Shown here piece after piece: positions 39,805 through 48,058 of a DNA stretch of 64,000 nt; within the stretch, counting starts at the first letter, position 1; each line of letters starts with the position of its first letter. The notes beneath the pieces are model-generated. The model did no database searches. It worked only from the letters and a program-made list of their open reading frames with translations, and was not told the DNA's origin. The DNA comes from Candidatus Eiseniibacteriota bacterium. Lineage in GTDB: Bacteria; Eisenbacteria; RBG-16-71-46. Made by a program: the position numbers and the translations under genes. The stretch lies in contig CAVSAC010000010.1 of assembly GCA_963725865.1 (NCBI GenBank), positions 512,001-576,000 on the forward strand, read 5' to 3'.

Positions 39805-41292
39805 TCAAGCGCCCGCGCCCGCGGTCCCCACCGCATGCGGCGAGCGCTGCTCCCATCCCGCCGCCGCCGCGTTCAACCGTGTCACCGCCGTCTCGCGGCC
39901 CAGCAGCGCCATCACGTCGAACAGGCCCGGCGCGACGGTGCGTCCCGTCAGCGCGATGCGTGCCGCGCTCATCAGCTCGCCGGGCTTCACCCCCAGCTCC
40001 GCCGCGAGGCCGCGCGTGTTCCGCTCCAGGCTCTCGAGCGTGAAGTCGGAGTCGCTCTGCAGCCGCGCGGCGAGCGCGCGGAGTCGCGGTCCCGCGCCGG
40101 CGCGCGCGAGCAGGTCGGCCCACGCGGAGGGCTCCATTGCCACGTCCTCGCGGAGCGCGAAAGCGCCGTAGGACTCGGCGTCCGCGAGCGTCTTGAGCCG
40201 GTCTCCCAGTGCCCGCACGAACGCCGCGCGCCACGCCGGCGTTCGCGCGTGCAGGTCGTGGCCGCGCCGGGCAAGGAACTCCTCGACGCGGCGCACGCGC
40301 TCCGCCTCATCGAGTCGCTTGAGGTGCTGCCCGTTCATCCACTCGAGCTTCTGAGCGTCGAACACCGCGGGATTCGCCCCGACCCGCTCGAGCCGGAACA
40401 CCTGCGCCAGCTCCGCCAGCGAAAACACCTCGCGATCGTCGCCGGGCGACCACCCGAGCAGGGCGAGGAAGTTGACCAGTGCCTCGGCGATGATCCCGAG
40501 CTCGCGGTAGGCCTCCACCGAGGTGGCGCCGTGACGCTTCGAGAGGCGCGCGCCGTCGCTGCCGAGGATCATCGGCACGTGCGCGAACACCGGCGGCGTC
40601 CAGCCGAACGCCTCGTACAGCAGCAGCTGGCGCGGCGTGTTCGAGATGTGGTCGTCGCCGCGGATCACGTGCGAGATCTCCATCTCGTGGTCGTCCACGA
40701 CACATGCGAAGTTGTACGTCGGCAGCCCGTCCGAGCGCAGCAGCACGAAATCGTCGAGCACCTCGCCCGGGAACGCCACCCGGTCGCGCACCACGTCGTC
40801 CCACCCGACCTCGGCGGCCGCGGCGTGCGAGAAGCGCAGCGCCGGCACCCGGCCCGCCGCCTCGAGCCGCGCGCGCGCCGTGGCGTCGAGGCCGCGGCAG
40901 CGCCGGTCGTAGCCCGCCGCGCCCTGCTCCACGCGCGCGGCCCGGCGCTGCTCGAGCTCGTCCGGCGTGCAGTAGCACGGATACGCGCGCCCGGCGGCGC
41001 GGAGGGCGTCGGCGTGGTGGCGATAGCGCTCGCGGCGCTCGGACTGGAAGTACGGCCCATGCGCGCCCCCGCGGTCCGGCCCCTCGTCCCACTCGAGCCC
41101 CAGCCAGCGCAGGCTGTCGAAGATCGCCCGCACCGACTCCGCGGTGGAGCGCGCGGCGTCGGTGTCCTCGATCCGGAGCACGAACGTGCCACCCTGCCCG
41201 CGGGCGAACAGGTAGTTGTAGAGCGCCGTGCGGGCGCCGCCGACGTGCAGGTAGCCGGTCGGGCTGGGAGCGAAGCGGACGCGGACGCTCAT
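39805..41292 (-). CDS. gltX: Glutamate--tRNA ligase
   Basis: RFAPSPTGYLHVGG, RIEDTD, IRGDDH, RLSKR. Confidence 0.97.
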   Translation of the reverse strand: MSVRVRFAPSPTGYLHVGGARTALYNYLFARGQGGTFVLRIEDTDAARSTAESVRAIFDSLRWLGLEWDEGPDRGGAHGPYFQSERRERYRHHADALRAAGRAYPCYCTPDELEQRRAARVEQGAAGYDRRCRGLDATARARLEAAGRVPALRFSHAAAAEVGWDDVVRDRVAFPGEVLDDFVLLRSDGLPTYNFACVVDDHEMEISHVIRGDDHISNTPRQLLLYEAFGWTPPVFAHVPMILGSDGARLSKRHGATSVEAYRELGIIAEALVNFLALLGWSPGDDREVFSLAELAQVFRLERVGANPAVFDAQKLEWMNGQHLKRLDEAERVRRVEEFLARRGHDLHARTPAWRAAFVRALGDRLKTLADAESYGAFALREDVAMEPSAWADLLARAGAGPRLRALAARLQSDSDFTLESLERNTRGLAAELGVKPGELMSAARIALTGRTVAPGLFDVMALLGRETAVTRLNAAAAGWEQRSPHAVGTAGAGA

Positions 41293-41334
41293 GGGCGGAC
41301 GACCTCCGGGGACACGGGCGGCTCGGGGCCGCGG

Positions 41335-41363
41335 ACGTTACGGACCGCGCGGGCCGCGGTCAA
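41335..41363 (-). promoter_or_regulatory. Sigma70 promoter of gltX
   Basis: Minus strand TTGACC-17 nt-TAACGT. Confidence 0.55.
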
Positions 41364-41420
41364 ACGACGAACGAGGCGGGCGCCCGATGGAGCGCCCGCC
41401 TCGTCGTCGGCCGGCTCGGG

Positions 41421-44400
41421 TCAGCGCAGGACGACCAGCTTCTGCGACTGCGCGTGGGCGCCGAGCGCGAAGCGCACGAAGTACACGCCGTCGCGCGCGT
41501 GCCCGCCATCGTCGGTGCTGAGGTCCCACGCGGTCGAGAAGCGCCCGCCGCGGGCGATCCCCTGCGCCAGGATGCGAACCCGGCGTCCATGCAGGTCGAA
41601 CACCGCCAGCTCGAACCGCTCGCCGGCCGCGGCAGCCGGGATGCCGTACGAGAGTCGGGTGCCCCCGCGCGCGGGATTGGGTTGCGGAGCCGCGAACGCG
41701 ATCGCGTCCGGCGCCGCCGACGGCGGCGGCGGGCCGTCGCCGACGTCCACGAACACCGGGTTCGTGAACAGGCCGCTGCGCATCGCGTCGTGGTGGAACT
41801 GAGGCCACGACGGGTTGCGTCCGGGAGAGAACGCGAAGTCGTAGTCCCACACGTACAGATTCGTGTCCCATCCCGAGAGCACGATCTCGGTCTTGCCGTC
41901 CCCGTCGCAGTCGCACACCGCCGGGGTGCCGCGCACCTCCGCCGCAAGCACGATCGGGAAGCCCGCGAGCACGGTGCCGTCGATGCCGCTGATGGCGGTG
42001 ATCGTGACGTCCTCGCCGCCCATCAACACGTCCTCCCAACCGTCGCCGTTGATGTCCGCCACCACCGGGCTGCTCTCCGAGGCGAACGACGTGAGCGAGC
42101 TGTACGGCACGCCGCCCACCCACGGCGTGACCGGGATGCCGTTGCGGTCGAACACGTACACGCGGCCGTCGGTGCTGGCCTGGACGATGTCGAGGAAGCC
42201 GTCGTGATCCATGTCCGCGAGCGCCGGCGACGGGATCTTGGTCGCCCCCTGCGTGCCGAGGCGCTTCGGGAAGCCCGGACGGATCGAGCCGTCGGCGCGG
42301 AACGCGTACAGCGAGTCGTCCGCCGCCGCCACCACGATGTCGAGCTGGCTGTCCGAGGCGCCGTCCAGGTAGCCGATCGCCGCCGAGGACGAGATCGTCC
42401 CGTGGAGGTTGATCGGGAAGCCCGGCATCTCGGTTCCGTTCGTGCGCCACGCGTGGAGCAGACCGCTGGCTTCGCCGTAGACGATCTCCTTGGTCCCGTT
42501 GCCGTCCAGGTCCGCGATCGCCGGCGTGGCGTAGTTGAACCCGCTCCCGAGGACCTTGAACACTCCGATCGTCGCCGGGTTGGAGTCCCCGTCGAGGAAG
42601 TCGGTGCCGTTCCAGCGCACCACGAAGAACGATGTGGTGTTGGTCGCGAACACGACTTCCTTCTTGCCGTCGCCGTCGAGATCGCCGATCGCCGCGCCCG
42701 AGAAGGACGCGCCCGTCACGACCGGCCAGCCGGGCGTGACGTTGCCGTCGCGATCGAACACGTACGCGCGCGTCGAGTCCCAGGTCGTGCAGATGAATTC
42801 CTTGATGCCGTCGCCGTCGAGATCGGCGATCGAAGGGCCGCCCGCGAAGTACTTCCCGCGGGTGCTGAAGTCGCCCAGCGTGGTGCCCGCGCCGTCGGCG
42901 TCGACCGGTGCCGAGCCGTCCGGGTTGAACACGAAGATCGCGTCGGCGCCAGCGGCGATCGCCACCGGGTAGCCGGTGTACACGTGGTCGATCGCCACCG
43001 AGGCCGGCGTGTTGCGATTGAGCGGCACCGGAAACACCGTGTGGCTCGGCGGGCTGGTGCTGGCGGACGCGGAGGCCGACTGCGCGGACTCGTTCCCGGA
43101 GGAGTCCATGGCGGTGACGCGATAGTAGTAGCGGGTCAGCGGCGCGAGGTTCTGATCCATGTAGGTCGCGATGCGGTCGGTCGGAACCGTGTTGGTCTTG
43201 TTGTAGGGGCCCACCTGCGCGAGCGCGCGATAGACGTTGTAGCCGAGCAGGTCGGGGTCCATCACGCGCGCCCAGGTGAGCTCGATGTCCGTCGTCGCGC
43301 CGTCGGCGATCAGCGACACCGGGGTGCTCGGACGCACCAGGTCGAGCGTCTGCGTGAACATCAGCCCGTAGCTGTCGGAGACCCGCAGCTGGAGCTTCGC
43401 CGCCGCACTCGACGGCACGAAGACGAACGGGTCGCCCTGAATCTCCGCGCCCGCGGCCAGCGTGCCCCAGCTCGAGGTGCTGTCGGTGATGGTGGCCAGC
43501 CCGTCGAGGCTGCGCAGCACCGCCGTGGCGCCGGGCGCGACACCGGTGCCGAGGTTTCGCAGGCGGACGCTGTACGACACCGTCTCGCCGGGCTCGGGCA
43601 CGCCGTTGCCGTTGCCCGGGTTGTCGACGATGGCGTGACTCATGTGGCGCAGATCAGGCGCGCGCACCGTGAGCTGGAAGCTGCCGACGAAGCGGCGGCT
43701 GCCGGAGTCCACCAGGTCGAGTCGGAACGGCACCTCGCGCTGGTCGGCGGTGGTGTACGGAATCGAGACGCGGAACCCGCTGGCCGGCGACACCGTGGCG
43801 CCGACCCCGATCGTGCCGTACGAGCGGTTGGGCGTCACCAGCGTGACGGTCGCGTCGGAGGTGCTCAGCGTGCCCTGCACGGTGCTCGCGCTGGCGCCGC
43901 CGTTGTTGCGCACCGGCACCGAGATGTCGATCACTTCGCCGGCGTCCGGCTGGCCGTTCGCGTTGCCCGAGGTCCCGCCGACGTTGTCGTCGTCGATCAC
44001 CGGCGCGAGGTCGGTCAGCGCCGGCAGCACGGTGCCGACCACCGGGACGTCGCCCTGGAAGGGCTTGCAGTTGAAGCCGGTGACCGTGAGCCGGAAGGAG
44101 CCGGCGGAATCGGGGCGGAACACGAGCGTGGCGACGCCCGCTCCGTTCGTGAGCGCGGTGGCGTAGTCGGCGCCCGGCTTGTACGCGGTCACGCGCGCGT
44201 TCAGCAGCGGGACGCCCGCGATCGAGACCGTCACCGTGAACAGCGAATCGCCCAGCGTCATGCTCGCGGCCTTCGCCACGGTCAGGACGCGCGGCGCGCA
44301 CGAGTAGATGCGCAGCTCGGGATCGCCCAGCAGCAGCAGCGTCATCTCGGTCCAGCGATTCACGCCGTCATAGCTCGAGAAGGCGATGAACGGCAGCTTC

Positions 44401-46139
44401 TGCTTCGCCTGCAGCTCACCCACCGCATTGACGCTGTCCTGGTAGAAGAGCCGGAAGTACTCCTTCTGGTACGCGCGCCCGGCGGTCGGGAAGTCGAAGC
44501 GCGTGGAACCGATGTTGGTCACCGCGCCGCCGTTGGGCGCGTGCAGGAACGCCTCGCCCAGGCATGGGAAGTCGATCGCGTTCGAGGTGCAGTCGATGGC
44601 GTAGAGGTTCGTGAGCCGGCGGCCGTTCGTGAGCGACATGGCGTCGGCGTTGGTCAGGTTGTCGTCGCCGACGGACATCACGTTGCGATAGCCGTGCCCC
44701 ACGTGGACCGCGATGTTGTAGCCCGCATTGAGCGAGTCGATCACGACCGTGCGGCGCTCCTGCATCGCGCCGGGACGCCAGCGCGGGTCGAGGTAGTTCT
44801 CGTAGAGGCGCACGAAGGTCACGCACGGATTCAGGTCGAGAGACGGCAGCACCTCCTCGATCAGCTCCGCGCCGTCCAGCGTGGTGATCATGCCGGGCAG
44901 CCAGTTCTGCGGGAACAGCACCTCGCCGAAGAACAGCACCTTGTTCTGGTAGCCAGAGGCGTCCGGATCGGTCACGTACTGGAGGCTCTTGTCGACGAAC
45001 GTCTTCGCCTGCGCGACCGTGGACGCCGGCGCGCGGCCCACGTACACCTCGGGGAAGAGGTCCACGTTGTCGCCGGGATCGCTGGCCGCGAAGTAGCCTT
45101 CGCCGTAGAGGCTGTCGCCGTCGGCATTCCAGCTGCCGTCGAGGCACGAGAAGTACATGTCGCACGCGATGCTCTCGCCGCCGTAGAACGTGGTGCGCGC
45201 GAAGCGCGTCGGCAGCACGTCGGTGTCGCCGCCCAGCAGCACCCACTTGGTGCCCCAGCGCGAGTACGCGTCGCGGATGAACGCCCGGACGCGCTCGGCA
45301 TCATCGGACCCCTGCGGGTACTGCTGGCGGATGAAGCTGAGCGTGCGCACCACGGCCGGCACGCCGGAGCGCGTCTTCCAATCCGCCAGGCGCTGGAACT
45401 CGGCCGCCATGTCGTCGTTCGTGATGATGACGTAGGCCACCGGGCTGCCGAGCAGCGAGGGGACCTGGGTGGCCGCGAACGGCCGCGCGCCGCCGCCCGC
45501 CGCGGACAGCGAGGCGACCGGCGCCCGTGCCGGCAGGCGCAGGCCGCCGTCGGACTCCCATTCCGGAACCACGCGCTCGCGCACCACCGCGTCCGGGAAC
45601 TTCGCCGGCTCGAGGTTCAGCCGCACGCGCATCCGCACCACGCGCTCGAGCTGTCCGGTCGAGGCGTCCCAGCGCACCGGGGCGGTCATGAGCATGGCGA
45701 CGCCGCGTCCCAGCTCCAGCCCCTGGGCGCCGATCGTGACCGGCACGCGGGGCTCGAACCCCACCGCGGAGAACGCGGCGGGATCCTCGGGCGTGCGCTG
45801 CTCCTCGGTGATGCCCGGCTGCAGGCGCAGCGTGCTCGGCAGCCGCACCGCCGAGGCGAGCGGCTCGGTCACCAGCTCCAGGACGTCGATGCTCGCGACC
45901 TGATAGCCCTCCGGCAGGTCGACCCGCTCTCCCACCCGCGGCAGGTCGGGCTGGCCCGGCGTGAATTCACGGGTGCTCCCGTCCATCTCGACCACGGTGC
46001 GACCGGAATGCGTGTCGAGGGTGATGCGTCCGCGTTCGTAGCGGAATTCCCGCTCGATGCTGGTGGCGCCCAGGGCGGGTACGACCAGGACTCCGAGCCA
46101 CACGAGTGCGATCACCGCGTTGACGAGGCGACGATTCAT
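41421..46139 (-). CDS. C25 (gingipain-family) cysteine peptidase with propeptide, Fn3-like domain, FG-GAP repeats and FlgD/T9SS-like C-terminal domain
   Basis: YVIIT...WVLLGGD...VYVGRAP; HVGHG and AIDC catalytic pair; LLGDPE; DLDGDG repeats; tail PNP...VFDLHGR...DGVYFVR...KLVVLR. Confidence 0.88.
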   Translation of the reverse strand: MNRRLVNAVIALVWLGVLVVPALGATSIEREFRYERGRITLDTHSGRTVVEMDGSTREFTPGQPDLPRVGERVDLPEGYQVASIDVLELVTEPLASAVRLPSTLRLQPGITEEQRTPEDPAAFSAVGFEPRVPVTIGAQGLELGRGVAMLMTAPVRWDASTGQLERVVRMRVRLNLEPAKFPDAVVRERVVPEWESDGGLRLPARAPVASLSAAGGGARPFAATQVPSLLGSPVAYVIITNDDMAAEFQRLADWKTRSGVPAVVRTLSFIRQQYPQGSDDAERVRAFIRDAYSRWGTKWVLLGGDTDVLPTRFARTTFYGGESIACDMYFSCLDGSWNADGDSLYGEGYFAASDPGDNVDLFPEVYVGRAPASTVAQAKTFVDKSLQYVTDPDASGYQNKVLFFGEVLFPQNWLPGMITTLDGAELIEEVLPSLDLNPCVTFVRLYENYLDPRWRPGAMQERRTVVIDSLNAGYNIAVHVGHGYRNVMSVGDDNLTNADAMSLTNGRRLTNLYAIDCTSNAIDFPCLGEAFLHAPNGGAVTNIGSTRFDFPTAGRAYQKEYFRLFYQDSVNAVGELQAKQKLPFIAFSSYDGVNRWTEMTLLLLGDPELRIYSCAPRVLTVAKAASMTLGDSLFTVTVSIAGVPLLNARVTAYKPGADYATALTNGAGVATLVFRPDSAGSFRLTVTGFNCKPFQGDVPVVGTVLPALTDLAPVIDDDNVGGTSGNANGQPDAGEVIDISVPVRNNGGASASTVQGTLSTSDATVTLVTPNRSYGTIGVGATVSPASGFRVSIPYTTADQREVPFRLDLVDSGSRRFVGSFQLTVRAPDLRHMSHAIVDNPGNGNGVPEPGETVSYSVRLRNLGTGVAPGATAVLRSLDGLATITDSTSSWGTLAAGAEIQGDPFVFVPSSAAAKLQLRVSDSYGLMFTQTLDLVRPSTPVSLIADGATTDIELTWARVMDPDLLGYNVYRALAQVGPYNKTNTVPTDRIATYMDQNLAPLTRYYYRVTAMDSSGNESAQSASASASTSPPSHTVFPVPLNRNTPASVAIDHVYTGYPVAIAAGADAIFVFNPDGSAPVDADGAGTTLGDFSTRGKYFAGGPSIADLDGDGIKEFICTTWDSTRAYVFDRDGNVTPGWPVVTGASFSGAAIGDLDGDGKKEVVFATNTTSFFVVRWNGTDFLDGDSNPATIGVFKVLGSGFNYATPAIADLDGNGTKEIVYGEASGLLHAWRTNGTEMPGFPINLHGTISSSAAIGYLDGASDSQLDIVVAAADDSLYAFRADGSIRPGFPKRLGTQGATKIPSPALADMDHDGFLDIVQASTDGRVYVFDRNGIPVTPWVGGVPYSSLTSFASESSPVVADINGDGWEDVLMGGEDVTITAISGIDGTVLAGFPIVLAAEVRGTPAVCDCDGDGKTEIVLSGWDTNLYVWDYDFAFSPGRNPSWPQFHHDAMRSGLFTNPVFVDVGDGPPPPSAAPDAIAFAAPQPNPARGGTRLSYGIPAAAAGERFELAVFDLHGRRVRILAQGIARGGRFSTAWDLSTDDGGHARDGVYFVRFALGAHAQSQKLVVLR

Positions 46140-46321
46140 GGTTGGCGGTCCCCGGTGGAGGAATGGGTCGGACGCGCGACAGCATCCGTGCTCAGCGAAC
46201 GGCCGGATCTTGATGGTGGGTGGACGTGCGGGCTCATCGTGCGATGTCGAGGACCCCGGCGAACCTCAGTCTGCCCGTGCCAGGTAGCGGCTCTTACGAT
46301 ACGGGGCCGTCGCGGTTGGGG

Positions 46322-47905
46322 TCAACGACCATCGCGGCGGCCGAGCGGGTGGTCGGGAGGAATGCACACAGGACCAAACCGAGGTTGCAGGGTGGTTGCC
46401 GCGGGCGCCCCGATGCGGGTCACCCAGACCCACGGCAGCTCCGCCAGCGGCAGGACCACGCACTCCTCCTCGAGCCGCCGGCGCGCGCCGACGGCGTCGA
46501 AGGGCCCCGGCGTCGCCGACCTCGCCGGCCACAGCCAGGGGTCGAACTCACGCGTGCGCCAGCCGGTTCTGAGCGCCCCCACCGCGGGGCCACGCAACGG
46601 CATGACCAGCGCGGCCAACTCCGCCTCCGGCCGCTCCAGCAGCGGCTGCTCCTCCGCCAGCTCCAGTTGCGGCCCGCCGGTCAGCGCCTGGGCGCGCGCG
46701 GCCGCCGCGCGGAGCGGCTGCAGCTCCACGTAGATCCCGATTCGCGCCCATTCCCCCTGCAGCACGCGCGCGGTGGCCGCCCCCGCTTCGTCGGCGTCGT
46801 AGCCGAGTGTGACGTGGAACGAGATTCCCAGGTCACCGTGCGCCATCCACTCGCGAGCCGCCGCGGCATCCAGCGTCGGGAACTCGAAGCGGCCGCCCCC
46901 TGCCGGCCACTCCTCCACCGGAGCCGCCACCGCTCCCAGCGCGCGCAGCGCGGCGACGCGGTTCAGCGAGTGAGCGAGCGCGGCCCGCGCGGGCAGTCGG
47001 TGCGTCGGCGGGGTGTCCGCCCGCAGCGCGAGCACCAGCGTGCGCGCCGGCCGCGCCGGCGCCTCGCGCCGGAGGGCGCCGGGCGGCAGCGATTCGTCGA
47101 GCAGGCCGGGCGGCAGCGGCCACATCAGGTCGGCGCGCCCCTGGCGCAACAGCTGGCGGCCGCGTGGCGCCCCGGTCACGAAGCGGACCGCGAGCGTGTC
47201 GGGCCCGCCCGCCGCGGCCACGGCACGCACCATCGTCAGCGCGCGCCCCGGCTCGTGGGCGCTCACCCGGAACGGTCCGAGGCCCACCGCGAGGCCCCAG
47301 TCGAGGCCGGCCTCCCGCCGCTTCCAGGGGGTGCCGACCCCCGGCAGCGCCAGCCGCTCCGGCAGCGTCGAATCGGGGCGCGCCAGCTTCACCCGCAGCG
47401 TGCGCGGGTCGGGCGCCTCCAGTCCGAGCGGCGGCAGCGGCTTCCCGGCCCGCACCCGATCCGCGCCCCAGACCGCGGCGAGCAGCCAGCGGCGCGTGGC
47501 GTGATCGTCGCGCGCCAGTCCGGCGGCGAGCGCGCGCACGAAGTCCTCGCTGGTGCAGGGCGAGCCGTCCGTGTAGCGGAGTCCCTCGCGGAGGTGGAAC
47601 GTCCACGTGCGGCCGTCCTCCGACACCTCCCAGCGTTCCGCCGCCGCGGGGACGATGCGCCCGCTCGAGTCGAGATCGGCGAGCCCGTGCGACAGCCAGC
47701 GCTCGAGCGCCCAGCGGAGCGCATGGGGCGGTCCGTCGGGATCGAAGCGGGGCTCGCTCGCTCCCGCCACCCAGTGGAACGTGATCCGCGGCGGGGCGGC
47801 GCGCGGGGCGCACGAGGACAGCGCGCAGACCGCGAGTAGCCCGAGGACGCCGACCAGCGCGAGGACGAGGGCGTGCGCGCGACGCATCCGTGCGAGTCGT
47901 GACAT
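46322..47905 (-). CDS. Family 5 ABC solute-binding lipoprotein (divergent)
   Basis: Lipobox LSSC; AERWEVSEDGRTWTFHLREGLRYTDG. Confidence 0.75.
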   Translation of the reverse strand: MSRLARMRRAHALVLALVGVLGLLAVCALSSCAPRAAPPRITFHWVAGASEPRFDPDGPPHALRWALERWLSHGLADLDSSGRIVPAAAERWEVSEDGRTWTFHLREGLRYTDGSPCTSEDFVRALAAGLARDDHATRRWLLAAVWGADRVRAGKPLPPLGLEAPDPRTLRVKLARPDSTLPERLALPGVGTPWKRREAGLDWGLAVGLGPFRVSAHEPGRALTMVRAVAAAGGPDTLAVRFVTGAPRGRQLLRQGRADLMWPLPPGLLDESLPPGALRREAPARPARTLVLALRADTPPTHRLPARAALAHSLNRVAALRALGAVAAPVEEWPAGGGRFEFPTLDAAAAREWMAHGDLGISFHVTLGYDADEAGAATARVLQGEWARIGIYVELQPLRAAAARAQALTGGPQLELAEEQPLLERPEAELAALVMPLRGPAVGALRTGWRTREFDPWLWPARSATPGPFDAVGARRRLEEECVVLPLAELPWVWVTRIGAPAATTLQPRFGPVCIPPDHPLGRRDGR

Positions 47906-48058
47906 GGGAACGCGAGTCTAGGGAGCGCGACCGCGCGCGGCAAGCCGCCCGCGCAGGTGGCGACGCCCGGGAGCCCATGCTAGCGTGCGCGCCATGCGTC
48001 CGACTCCCGAACGACACGCGAGCGTCGCCCCCGGCGCGCGCGCTCCACGCGCGCGACC

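Noticed and set aside
40704..46733. 2009-aa plus-strand ORF
   Set aside because: Antisense shadow of the C25 peptidase and gltX; Arg/Ala/Gly-rich with no motifs, as expected at this GC content
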